In this document: positions 7,849 to 17,039 of the stretch, piece after piece
How the letters are laid out: every line of letters begins with the position of its first letter
How positions within the stretch are numbered: position 1 is the stretch's first letter
Assembly: GCA_021399345.1 (NCBI GenBank)
Contig: JAAFKI010000005.1
Location: forward strand, 1-36,842
From: Candidatus Heimdallarchaeota archaeon
Lineage (GTDB): Archaea; Asgardarchaeota; Heimdallarchaeia; Heimdallarchaeales; Heimdallarchaeaceae
Direction of reading: 5' to 3'
DNA length: 36,842 bases
Position numbers and translations under genes: made by a program
Notes under the pieces: model-generated
The model's database searches: none
Told to the model about the DNA's origin: nothing
The model's input: the letters and a program-made list of their open reading frames with translations, nothing else

Positions 7849-9216
7849 ATGGTACTAGAAAAATTACGTTCTGAAATACTTGAAGTAGCTGATTTAGCTC
7901 TAAAGTATGCAAAAGATATGAGTATTCAAACAGCTGAAGCTTATATCATCAAGAATTCTCTGACCGAAGTTAAATATTCTAAAGGGAAAACTGAATGCCG
8001 AGATGGTATGCTTCAGGGAATTGGTATCCGTGTTGCTGAAGGTAAAAAAGTTGGTTTTGCTACATGTGCTGGATTTGCAGCTGATTCCATTAAATCGACT
8101 TTGGTTAATGCGCATAAGATTGCTAAAAACCGACCTGAAGATCCTCGATTTTCTGGTTTTATTTCTGAAAGCAAACCTGGAAAAGAAGGAATTTTAGATA
8201 CAAATATTACTGAACTTGACTCTGAAACTCTTGTTGACCATTTAGTTGGTTTAGTTAAAGAAACAGATATTGACGATCAAAGGTTAGTTGGTGCAGATAT
8301 CGAAGTGGGCACTCAATGGGGTGGTTTCGCTGTTGCAACAACTGAAGGATGTCTTGTCTCCTCTCTTAATACAGCTCATTATGGTACAGTGTACTCTGTT
8401 GCAATGGGCCAAGGAGAACGTTCAACAGCTTTTGACTTCAAAGTTGGTAGAACTATACAAGATTTAAGTGGATTAGGAACTAATGCTATTAACAAATCAT
8501 TCAAACACTTAGGTTCAAAACCTCTAGGAGAATCTCTTAAAATCCCCACAATCTGGGAACCCTTAACTGCTTCAATGCTATTAAGTACAACTTTTCAAGT
8601 AGGACTTAATGGAGGTACTGTTGTTGAAAGACAGAATCCTTTGATGCATAAATTGAATGAACAAATTGCATCCAAAGATTTCCAATTGAATGATGATGGA
8701 ACTATTCCAACAAAAATTTCTTCTGAGGCTATTGATGCTGAAGGGACAACTATAGGTAAGACTGAAATCGTAAAAGATGGTGTTCTAAAGAGCTTTCTGT
8801 TTGACAATTTCTATGGACCTATTTTCGGAACTAAAAGTACTGGAAATGCTCAAAGAAATGAACCAACACGTTATGAAAATATGCCAGCAATATCACCTAA
8901 CAAACTTGTTCTACAGCCTGGTACTAAAAACTTAAACGAACAAATTGCAGCTTATGATAAAGCTATTTTCATTGAAGGTTTTCCAATGGGTATGGGACAT
9001 TCAAATATGATTACAGGAGATTTCTCTATAACTGCAACCAATGCATATTTAGTTGAAAAAGGAGAAATTGTGCATCCTCTTAAACCAGTAAGTATCGCAG
9101 GTAACTTCTTTGAATCATTGATGAAAATTCAGCATATAGGTTCAGATCCTGTTGATTTGCCTTTTCCTTTAGAAAGTTCTACTTTGACTATAGATGGTCA
9201 CACTATAAGTGGTTAA
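7849..9216 (+). CDS. pmbA: TldE/PmbA subunit, copy 2
   Basis: GIGIRV..GFAT, DAEG, STGNAQR, NMITGDFS, IAGN. Start placed at the ATG at 7849, just after the tldD2 stop, rather than at 7834. Confidence 0.93.
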   Translation: MVLEKLRSEILEVADLALKYAKDMSIQTAEAYIIKNSLTEVKYSKGKTECRDGMLQGIGIRVAEGKKVGFATCAGFAADSIKSTLVNAHKIAKNRPEDPRFSGFISESKPGKEGILDTNITELDSETLVDHLVGLVKETDIDDQRLVGADIEVGTQWGGFAVATTEGCLVSSLNTAHYGTVYSVAMGQGERSTAFDFKVGRTIQDLSGLGTNAINKSFKHLGSKPLGESLKIPTIWEPLTASMLLSTTFQVGLNGGTVVERQNPLMHKLNEQIASKDFQLNDDGTIPTKISSEAIDAEGTTIGKTEIVKDGVLKSFLFDNFYGPIFGTKSTGNAQRNEPTRYENMPAISPNKLVLQPGTKNLNEQIAAYDKAIFIEGFPMGMGHSNMITGDFSITATNAYLVEKGEIVHPLKPVSIAGNFFESLMKIQHIGSDPVDLPFPLESSTLTIDGHTISG

Positions 9217-9298
9217 ATCTCCACTTCTTTTTTTTACTTTTGAGTAATGTTTTAATAGTGTCTCTTTTCTATATCAAGACAATAAAAGAGGTTATCTA

Positions 9299-10018
9299 AT
9301 GAAAGTGAAAACTATAGTCTTTGTGGTTATTTTATGTTTCTCTTACTCAATGCTTGCAAATGCTGAAACAACTACAGCTGATCTATTTACCGATTCTGAT
9401 ACATTACCTTCTGGATATTTTGTTCTATATACTAGAACAATTTCTCAATCCTCGACAACTGTTCGAGTTACTGTTACCGCTTCGGATAATATAGATGTAG
9501 CAATATGTGGAGGTGGAGATTTTGAAGAATGGAATGATGGTGGATCCGAACCATATTGGCATGCATATAGCTCAGATGTAACATCTACTACTATTACAGA
9601 GATATTAGATTCAGGAAGCTATGATTTTGTGATTATCAATTTCGGTTTATCAACTGTTTCCTATACAATTTCTGCTACTCAAAGTTATGATGAATCTGGA
9701 GGTACAGGACTAGAACCTGGAGACTGGATCTATTACTTAATTGGTATAGGAATTCTTGTTATTATAATTGGTACTATTGTTTTCAGAAGAAGACGAAGAC
9801 ATCAGATGCAATCTGAACCAGGATATTATCAACAGCAACAACAGTATCAAACTTATCAACCTCAAAGAACATACGAACCACAACAAACATATCAAACCGC
9901 AGAACAGCCTCCTTATGCTTTTAATCAAACTCCACAAGGTCTAAAAGTATGCCCAAATTGCGGGTTTAATGAAGTTTTAGATGCCAAGTTTTGTACATCC
10001 TGTGGTAGCAAGTTATAA
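9299..10018 (+). CDS. Single-pass membrane protein: signal peptide, beta-sandwich (GOLD/PPC-like) ectodomain, TM helix, Q/Y/P-rich tail, C-terminal zinc ribbon
   Basis: Signal peptide ending ANA; Ser/Thr-rich beta strands with DNIDVAI and GSYDFVIIN; TM helix followed by RRRRR; YQQQQQYQTYQPQ tail; CPNCG-x8-CTSCG. Confidence 0.75.
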   Translation: MKVKTIVFVVILCFSYSMLANAETTTADLFTDSDTLPSGYFVLYTRTISQSSTTVRVTVTASDNIDVAICGGGDFEEWNDGGSEPYWHAYSSDVTSTTITEILDSGSYDFVIINFGLSTVSYTISATQSYDESGGTGLEPGDWIYYLIGIGILVIIIGTIVFRRRRRHQMQSEPGYYQQQQQYQTYQPQRTYEPQQTYQTAEQPPYAFNQTPQGLKVCPNCGFNEVLDAKFCTSCGSKL

Positions 10019-10064
10019 AATTCCCAAAACTTACATTTTTTTTCTTTTCAAAATTATCTTTATT

Positions 10065-10877
10065 TTATTCATTACAGAAATCTTCTAGAAATCCAGCAGT
10101 TTGTAGAAGATCAGCTAGCTTTCTAGCAAACCTAGTAGCAGGAGCTCCATCAGTAATTATGTGATCTATTTTTAAGGCTACATTCAGGAATTCTCTGTTT
10201 TCAAGATTACCATCAATTAAACGAGGTTGTTCTGATATTCCACCAACAACTACAATTAGAGGATGATGTCCAAGATTAATTGCCCATCCACCAATGCCTT
10301 TTGCAAACATACCAAGTGGATTAAGCTGAACTGTTCCATTAAGTTTTTTCAAATAAAAAGGATTTTTACGTAATCGTCTCCAAAAAATGAGATCACGAAT
10401 AAATCGTGGTAAAGAAAAGAGCATGTCTAGTTGTTTCTTAGATATGCTAGTTAGTATATCCTCTTTGTCTGGATATTGAGCTGCTCTTATTTCGTCATGT
10501 ATTTCTTGAAGACTCTTTTCATTAGTCTTTCTAACAACTAATAAGGATGGAAAGGGTTCACCATCAATAATTTTCTCTATTGGAATCGAAATATCTACAT
10601 CCTCGAAGAAAATAATTTTTTTACCTTTTTTGGAAGAATGAACTTCTTTATTTTCACTAGCAGCAGTAGCAACACATTTTGCCACCCATGCAGTAAATGA
10701 AAGATTAACACCGTGTTGACTTTTATAACAAGCAAATATTTTTCTAGCATCAGTTATATCTAATTCCATTAAACCAGTCATATAGTATCTTTTTCGAGAG
10801 AATTGCGTAGCTTCAACTTGTAATTTACGTTTAAATGGCTTAGTTGTATAGTTGCCTATCTTATCCATTTCCTTCAA
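10065..10877 (-). CDS. Stand-alone 2-oxo acid dehydrogenase E2-like acyltransferase catalytic domain
   Basis: ELDITD, LSFTAW, VDISIP.E and DHIITDGAP (HxxxDG); no lipoyl or subunit-binding domain. Confidence 0.88.
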   Translation of the reverse strand: MKEMDKIGNYTTKPFKRKLQVEATQFSRKRYYMTGLMELDITDARKIFACYKSQHGVNLSFTAWVAKCVATAASENKEVHSSKKGKKIIFFEDVDISIPIEKIIDGEPFPSLLVVRKTNEKSLQEIHDEIRAAQYPDKEDILTSISKKQLDMLFSLPRFIRDLIFWRRLRKNPFYLKKLNGTVQLNPLGMFAKGIGGWAINLGHHPLIVVVGGISEQPRLIDGNLENREFLNVALKIDHIITDGAPATRFARKLADLLQTAGFLEDFCNE

Positions 10878-10925
10878 AGTAAATCTTTATCACTTATTTA
10901 TTAAGTTTATTGACTAACAAAAAGC

Positions 10926-10954
10926 AAAAAAACGCTCTTGAATAATTTAGAGCG
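10926..10954 (-). terminator. Hairpin plus U-tract terminator after the FTR gene
   Basis: Minus strand reads CGCTCT-aaattattca-AGAGCG-TTTTTTT, starting 12 nt after the stop. Confidence 0.6.
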
Positions 10955-10966
10955 GAAATAAAGCAT

Positions 10967-11302
10967 TTACCACTTCTCTTCAGGTCTTCTTTCAGGGATC
11001 ATTTCGATTTCAGAATCAAAAGCATAATTAGGGTCAAAATATAAAGCACAGTAGCAACGTCCAAATTCATCTATGTCAGGCTGAGCATAATCACAAGGAC
11101 AAATAATATCTCTGTCAGATTTCATATCTTCAAAAGAATCTCTGCAAGGACAGTTGAAGTACCCTACTCTATTAAAATAGTCTTTTAATCCTTCAATAAG
11201 CATATCTAGTGTTCCGTCGTCATTTGGATGTAGAATCCAGTTTCTCTTCTGAGCAACTTGTTTTACGTATTTAGTTACGTCATCTATAGTTTTCTCTTTC
11301 AT
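10967..11302 (-). CDS. Ferredoxin-thioredoxin reductase catalytic subunit
   Basis: CPC, CPC and CYC motifs and C-terminal IPERR; ATG at 11302 preceded by GAGGT. Confidence 0.93.
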   Translation of the reverse strand: MKEKTIDDVTKYVKQVAQKRNWILHPNDDGTLDMLIEGLKDYFNRVGYFNCPCRDSFEDMKSDRDIICPCDYAQPDIDEFGRCYCALYFDPNYAFDSEIEMIPERRPEEKW

Positions 11303-11627
11303 GAATATCAACCTCTTCGAGAAACAGTTCTTTCCAATTTTCTATATTAAAACCCGCGTAGAATTTATCTCCATCAACGATTAAGAAAGGATATCTAACC
11401 ATCGCATTGAAATGCTTACTGACAGCTCTTTTGAATTCTCTTTTTTCTTCAAAAGGAACCTTATCGATGTCAAGATAACTGTAAGTATAGTTGTTATCTT
11501 TCAACCACTTTTTACCCTTTTTACACCATTGACATGTACTTAAGGCCAGCATAATGATTTCATTTGCCTTTTTTTCACCTTCGACAGTTACTACTTCCCC
11601 AGGAATTTTGATATCAGTGAAACTCAT
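11280..11627 (-). CDS. Glutaredoxin-like protein
   Basis: ALSTCQWCKK (CxxC) and YPFLIVDG...GF; overlaps the FTR gene. Confidence 0.9.
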   Translation of the reverse strand: MSFTDIKIPGEVVTVEGEKKANEIIMLALSTCQWCKKGKKWLKDNNYTYSYLDIDKVPFEEKREFKRAVSKHFNAMVRYPFLIVDGDKFYAGFNIENWKELFLEEVDIHERENYR

Positions 11628-11757
11628 TGTGTTACCGAATAAACGTAATTTAGAGACATTATAAACCTATTTCTTTTTCCAAGTTTCTTTGATTTCATAA
11701 TTATGTATATTTTTGGAAGAAGTTAGTATTTTTATCTATTTGAATGAATGTTAAATC

Positions 11758-12387
11758 ATGAAAATTACTAATCCCAAAGTGGAGAAGTATATGACTGATC
11801 TTCTGAAAAATCGTGCTTCAATATACATAGAAGTAGAAGATTATGCAGCAAGTATAGATTTTCCTATAATTGAACCACTGGTTGGTGCATTGTTAAATCA
11901 ATATTCAAGATTGATACAAGCTAAAAGGATTCTTGAATTAGGTTCTGGTTTTGGTTATTCTGCTTTATGGTTTTCAGAAAAGATGGATTCTACAACTGAG
12001 ATAGTTTGTACAGATTTTATGGAAGAGAACAAACAGCTTGCTGAGAAATATTTCAAAAAAGCTGGTGTTAAAACAAAGATTGATTTTAGAATTGGAGATG
12101 CAATCAAAATTCTAGATGAAATTGAGGGGGAATTTGATATCATTTTTAATGATGTAGAAAAAGAAGATTATCCAGAAGTTTTCGAGAAAGCAATTCCTAA
12201 ACTTAGAAAAGGAGGAATATTAATCACCGATAATACCTTGTGGTATGGAAAAGTTGCTAAAAAGCGAAAGAAGGATTATCAAACGGCAGGTTCAAGAGAG
12301 TATAACAGATTAGCTTTTACAGATAAAAGAGTTCTATCAACTATTCTACCTATAAGAGATGGAATTACAGTTACTATGAAATTATGA
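11758..12387 (+). CDS. SAM-dependent O-methyltransferase (caffeoyl-CoA OMT-like)
   Basis: ILELGSGFGYS, FDIIFNDVEK, GGILITDNTLW, LPIRDG. Confidence 0.92.
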   Translation: MKITNPKVEKYMTDLLKNRASIYIEVEDYAASIDFPIIEPLVGALLNQYSRLIQAKRILELGSGFGYSALWFSEKMDSTTEIVCTDFMEENKQLAEKYFKKAGVKTKIDFRIGDAIKILDEIEGEFDIIFNDVEKEDYPEVFEKAIPKLRKGGILITDNTLWYGKVAKKRKKDYQTAGSREYNRLAFTDKRVLSTILPIRDGITVTMKL

Positions 12388-12420
12388 AAAAGGGTAAAAT
12401 AAAATAAAAAAAAGGGCAGA

Positions 12421-14328
12421 TTATTCGACATATTTTGAATAGAATTCTTCCCATCCGATCATTTTTACTCCCAGAGCCTCAGCTTGTTCTTGTCTTTTTA
12501 TTCCTGGTTTCTCTGCAAGTACCAAATAGTCTAAGGTCTTAGTAACGCCTGAACCCCAAGCTATTCCTTTTTTCTCTAATAGTTCTTTTAATTCATTTTT
12601 TGTGTATTCTTCTACTTTTCCTGTAACATATATTTTCAATGAAATCACCTGTTGTGTTTCTCTTTGATTAGTGATTTGTGAATCCTTCCTCTCAGGATAG
12701 ATAATTTTCAAACCATATTTGAACAATCTGCTGTATCTTTCAGTTTGTCTGATTCCACTATGAATAAAACTTGCTGTGATATCGGATATTCCTTCTAATT
12801 TCATCAACTCCTCCATGGAAGCTTCTTTGAGTTCATCAAGATTATTAAAGGAGTTAGCTAGTTTCTTCCCCATGGTTCTTCCCAATTTCTCTATACCCAA
12901 ACCTGCTAGAAATGTTCTAAAAGGTAGCTCTCTTGTTCCATCTATAGAAGCTAAGATTTTTGTTCCATTTCTCCCTAGCAGATTAACTAATTGGTCTTCT
13001 GTAAGAGAATAAAGATCAGAATAGTGTTTAACCAAACCTGTATCGTAGAGTTTTTCTAAGCTTCTACCACCAATTCCATCTATACCAGTTTTTCTAATCC
13101 AAGAACTAATCTCTTGTATATCTCTTCCCCGACATGAATCACCTGTACAGAGAAGATTTACTCCAGATTTCACAGTTTTAGATCCACAAGATGGACATTG
13201 ATTTGGTAGATCCACTTTCCCTGTAGAATTTTTCGCAGTAACACTGATAATTTTTGGAATTACTTCTCCAGATCTTTCAACATAAACAAAATCTCCAGGT
13301 TGAGCATCTAGGTTAATCAGGAAATCAGCATTGTGCAAAGTAGCTCGACTAATCACAGCTCCTGATACTTCCACAGGTTCCAACTCAGCAACAGGAGTTA
13401 TTACAGATGTTCTTCCAACCTGCCAAGTTATCGCATTTAATCTTGTAGATTTTCCTTTACTTTCAAATTTCAAGGCTATTTGCCATCGGGGATGATGATC
13501 TGTTGCTCCAACTTCTTCTCTATCTGAAGCTAAGTTGTATTTGAAAACAACCCCATCAATTTCAAAGTCTAGACTATCTCTTTCATTCTCTACACTTTTG
13601 AAATGTTTAGATACTTCCTCGTAATTCGGTGAATCAATAGTAAGATAATCAGAAGTTTCAAATCCCCAGGTTTTCAAGGTTGAAGCTTTTTCTTCTGTAG
13701 TTGCTTTGTCATTCCATCCCAGAAGCTCAAATGCCATGAAATTAAGTGTCCGTCCTTCCATCATGCGTGCATCTTTTTGTTTAGTAGTTCCAGCTGCGAG
13801 ATTTCTAGGGTTGCTGTATTTCTCTCCTTCAGGTAAGGAATCATTTATCCTGTTAAATTCAGAGATTCGCATATATAGCTCTCCTCGAATTTCTACTCTT
13901 TCTTCAAATGGTATAGTTTTAGGAATCGCTTGAATTTTCAGTACATTTAAGGTTACATCGTCACCTAGAGTACCTGAACCTCTAGTAGCAGCTTGAATCA
14001 GCTTAGAATCTTGGTAAATTATTTTCAAAGATAAACCATCTATTTTGTAACCCATCATTATTGGTCGATTTTCAGACCAAGAGATTATTTTATCCACAGT
14101 TTTAGCTTTTTGACATGAGAGCATAGGAGGATCATGAGTAACATTACCTCCTGAAGGAGTTCCAACAATAAACAAAACTGGATTTTCAGGATCAATATCT
14201 CTTAATCTATCTTCAAGGCTATCATATTGAGCATCAGAAATCTCTGGTTCACCATCGTAGTATTTGCGTTTGTGATAAAGAATCAAGTCTTCAAGTTGTT
14301 TCCTTTCCTCATCCACCATTTGAATCAC
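12421..14328 (-). CDS. ligA: NAD-dependent DNA ligase
   Basis: Domain Ia YY..EPEISDAQYD, motif I KIDG, TRGSG, RGE, NPRNLAAG, DGVVFK, WQVGRT, RATLHN, Cys4 zinc finger, HhH repeats and BRCT. The start may be the ATG at 14319. Confidence 0.97.
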   Translation of the reverse strand: MIQMVDEERKQLEDLILYHKRKYYDGEPEISDAQYDSLEDRLRDIDPENPVLFIVGTPSGGNVTHDPPMLSCQKAKTVDKIISWSENRPIMMGYKIDGLSLKIIYQDSKLIQAATRGSGTLGDDVTLNVLKIQAIPKTIPFEERVEIRGELYMRISEFNRINDSLPEGEKYSNPRNLAAGTTKQKDARMMEGRTLNFMAFELLGWNDKATTEEKASTLKTWGFETSDYLTIDSPNYEEVSKHFKSVENERDSLDFEIDGVVFKYNLASDREEVGATDHHPRWQIALKFESKGKSTRLNAITWQVGRTSVITPVAELEPVEVSGAVISRATLHNADFLINLDAQPGDFVYVERSGEVIPKIISVTAKNSTGKVDLPNQCPSCGSKTVKSGVNLLCTGDSCRGRDIQEISSWIRKTGIDGIGGRSLEKLYDTGLVKHYSDLYSLTEDQLVNLLGRNGTKILASIDGTRELPFRTFLAGLGIEKLGRTMGKKLANSFNNLDELKEASMEELMKLEGISDITASFIHSGIRQTERYSRLFKYGLKIIYPERKDSQITNQRETQQVISLKIYVTGKVEEYTKNELKELLEKKGIAWGSGVTKTLDYLVLAEKPGIKRQEQAEALGVKMIGWEEFYSKYVE

Positions 14329-14537
14329 TAATCTCTCAAATTTTGATTTAACATCTTAAATACTTGTTGGGGGGGCTTATCTGAAACTAAAAAAAGTAAA
14401 TTAATTTAATAATATTTGAAAAACTATAGATCTATCTTCAAAGAAAAGTGCTATTTTATCACTCAAAATATTAGACTTAGTTCGGCTTTTAATTTTTGCA
14501 TGTTCCTTCAAAGAAAATAGTTTCGAATTTCTGAAAC

Positions 14538-15158
14538 TTAACCACTATTATAATCAGATTTTAGCAGTTTTTTTGAAACTTCTTTCAATTTTTTATCATA
14601 ATATTTTGAAGAAATTTCTGTTTTAGTAACCCTGGCATATTTCATTAGCACACCTATGTTTAGTAATAAAGAAAAATCACTATCAGCTGTTTGATGTAAT
14701 AAATCTAAAGATTTTTTGAAACTATTATTAACGAACTTGCTTTTCAAGTCATCTCTAAGCTGCTTATGGATTGATACAGTTGTTCTTTTTTGAAAATACT
14801 CTATAATTACACTTAGAGCAACCATCAGATTGAAATTTTTATCTTGTTTCTGAACATCTTCTAAATTGTTCATTTTATTTTCATATCTCTCAAAAATCTC
14901 TTTTGCACGAATATTGAATTTTGAGGCAAGTTGGGCGATGAATTCCTCATCTTCACCTCTATCATAAGGGCCAATATTTTCTCTGACGATTGTTATTAGC
15001 TTATCTATAACAATCCCGCTATTTTTAATCTTAATTTTCTTAGATGCTCTTCTATCTACAATAAAGTGAGGTTCCTCAAAAAATTGTTGGGACATAATGT
15101 AATTAACAGTATCATAATATTGCCAATCTTTGTTAGCTCCCCCATTTTGATTCCCCAT
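14538..15158 (-). CDS. Hypothetical protein, predicted mostly helical
   Basis: 206-aa ORF with a G-rich RBS-like upstream sequence, co-oriented just downstream of the methyltransferase; no recognisable motif. Confidence 0.6.
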   Translation of the reverse strand: MGNQNGGANKDWQYYDTVNYIMSQQFFEEPHFIVDRRASKKIKIKNSGIVIDKLITIVRENIGPYDRGEDEEFIAQLASKFNIRAKEIFERYENKMNNLEDVQKQDKNFNLMVALSVIIEYFQKRTTVSIHKQLRDDLKSKFVNNSFKKSLDLLHQTADSDFSLLLNIGVLMKYARVTKTEISSKYYDKKLKEVSKKLLKSDYNSG

Positions 15159-15221
15159 ACTTGCCCCTTATAATGAGAATCTTCCCCTTTAAAAACTTTA
15201 GTCTGACTTGAAATAAGGTAA

Positions 15222-16721
15222 CTATTGGAGATTGATTGAGATAATTTCATCTATTTCTTTTCTTTTGGCTCTATTCTTTCCGTCAAAAATATTCTTTGCT
15301 ATTTTAGCTATTTTATTTTCTGTCTCTTGGTCAAAAACAGGAATTTTCACATTACTCATAATTCGCTGTGTGTATGAGATTCTATGACCTCTTCTAGCAC
15401 CAGCAGAGAGGTAATATTCCCTAAAGAATTTACTATTAAGATAACCTAATAGAAAGAAAGGATCCTTATTCTGTGGAACTAATGTAAGTACATCTCCAGA
15501 GGGTAAATACGGTTCTTCTGATAGACTGAATCTGTTCTCTGTACTTCTATCTAAACTAGGGACAAAAATTTTGGGTTGAACAAGAAAGGATTTCAACTTC
15601 TCATAATTCCTTAATGCTTGCCAATGAAACCATTTGTTACTTGCGGGAAAATACCTAACTGTCATACTATCCTTATGCGAGATTAGTTTTTTGTGAATAG
15701 TTGGATAGCTCTTCAATTCTGCTTCTGAATTGATCCTTTTATCAATCAACAAATAATACTCAAATCCATCTATCCAATATCCTTGACAATGTTTTGATTT
15801 GATAACCTTTACTAAAAATTCCTTTTCTTCATCATTTAATATAGATTTTTCTTCCTCATCTAGAACGAAAGCTTGTTCAAATCCTGAAACCAAACCAACC
15901 CCAATCCAACATACTTCCTTCAAAAGATAGAAGTCAGAAATTTTCTTCTCAGGATAGGTTGTCCATACTTCACTCTCATGAGTAAACATCTCTCTTTCGT
16001 AGTAAGTAAAAACCTCATTTTCAGTGCTTTTTGATAACGATTCAACTGCTTTGTTATTGATTGCATTTGGCTTGAAACTTCTCTTTTTTATCCTAAGGAT
16101 TCTAATTTTCTGTTGAGATACCAAAGATTTCTTAACAAATTTAAAAATAAGTGTTTCAGGATTTTCATCTTCAAATAATCTGGTTTCATCCAAATCTATG
16201 ATTGTTTCCAGATAGCCATTATCGATTATTTTCTCTCTAATCACCTTGGCATAAGTATTAAAGAAAAAACTATATGGAACAATAAAAATTAATTCTCCTC
16301 CTTCTTTCAACAATTCAATAGATTTCAAAATGAATGCATAGTAAATATCTGACTCTTTATTTCCTACAATTCTTACAACTTTCGATCTACTAAATCGGGG
16401 AAGAGAATTATAGTGAGTATAAGGAGGATTTCCTATTATGAGATCATATTCCTTTAGACTTAGCCAATCTAAATAATCATCATTGTAGATTGTAACATTA
16501 GGGAACTTCTTCAAACAGAATTTATACAAGTCTTTACTAAGTTCAATTCCTTCAATATTAGTAAATCCTACTTCTTGAAGTCCTTTAAGGAAGATCCCTT
16601 TACCGCAACCTGTATCTAGAATAGAGATATTCTTCTGAATTTTTTTGTTTTCCGAAATAAGTGAAACCATCAATTTTGCTATTTCCTTAGGTGTTTGGAC
16701 AAAAGCTATGGCATCATTCAT
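15222..16721 (-). CDS. N6-adenine DNA methyltransferase, gamma class (TaqI/Eco57I-like)
   Basis: VQTP (motif X), ILDTGCGKGIF (I), IIGNPPY (IV), DIYYAFI, GELIFIVP, and a C-terminal TaqI_C-like region (LLGYLNS). Confidence 0.92.
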   Translation of the reverse strand: MNDAIAFVQTPKEIAKLMVSLISENKKIQKNISILDTGCGKGIFLKGLQEVGFTNIEGIELSKDLYKFCLKKFPNVTIYNDDYLDWLSLKEYDLIIGNPPYTHYNSLPRFSRSKVVRIVGNKESDIYYAFILKSIELLKEGGELIFIVPYSFFFNTYAKVIREKIIDNGYLETIIDLDETRLFEDENPETLIFKFVKKSLVSQQKIRILRIKKRSFKPNAINNKAVESLSKSTENEVFTYYEREMFTHESEVWTTYPEKKISDFYLLKEVCWIGVGLVSGFEQAFVLDEEEKSILNDEEKEFLVKVIKSKHCQGYWIDGFEYYLLIDKRINSEAELKSYPTIHKKLISHKDSMTVRYFPASNKWFHWQALRNYEKLKSFLVQPKIFVPSLDRSTENRFSLSEEPYLPSGDVLTLVPQNKDPFFLLGYLNSKFFREYYLSAGARRGHRISYTQRIMSNVKIPVFDQETENKIAKIAKNIFDGKNRAKRKEIDEIISINLQ

Positions 16722-17039
16722 CTGCAGAATTCACTCACTAGTTTGCTGTTGCTTTGCATTTAAAAATTCTTGGTAGAAAAATTGAGACTTAACCAATGGG
16801 AAACTCAAAAATCTATTTGTTCTAATAAATCTTCAATTTTGTTTGGTAAAGTAGAAACAAATTTTGTTGCAACAGGGGGGATTTCTTTAATTTCATTTAA
16901 GGGTTAGCTTATTACTAAGTCCTTAGTAGAACAAAAATAAGAAAAATAGTCAACAAAGTAAATAATTTTGAAAAAAGAAAAAGGATTTAAATTACATAAA
17001 AAGAAACTCAATAGTAATAGGATAAAAAGAGGAATAATA

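Noticed and set aside
9826-9916. CAA-rich tract as a tandem DNA repeat
   Set aside because: Explained by the Q/Y-rich coding tail; no regular period.
14329-14537. Repeats CTTCAAAGAAAA (14436-14447, 14506-14517), a G7 tract and an AT-rich stretch as a CRISPR remnant or replication origin
   Set aside because: Only two short AT-rich copies 70 nt apart; no array, no cas or cdc6/orc1 gene, no convincing ORB.
15056-15250. 64-aa ORF bridging the MTase and the hypothetical gene as a frameshifted fusion
   Set aside because: Both flanking genes have their own plausible stop and start, and the bridge has no motif.
16791-16880. ORB-like CCAATGGGAAAC and TGTTGCAACA followed by G6
   Set aside because: Single imperfect match in a divergent promoter region with no initiator gene nearby.
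16968-17039. Lys-rich N-terminal extension of the oxidase
   Set aside because: A-rich promoter sequence; the RBS-preceded ATG at 17040 fits better.
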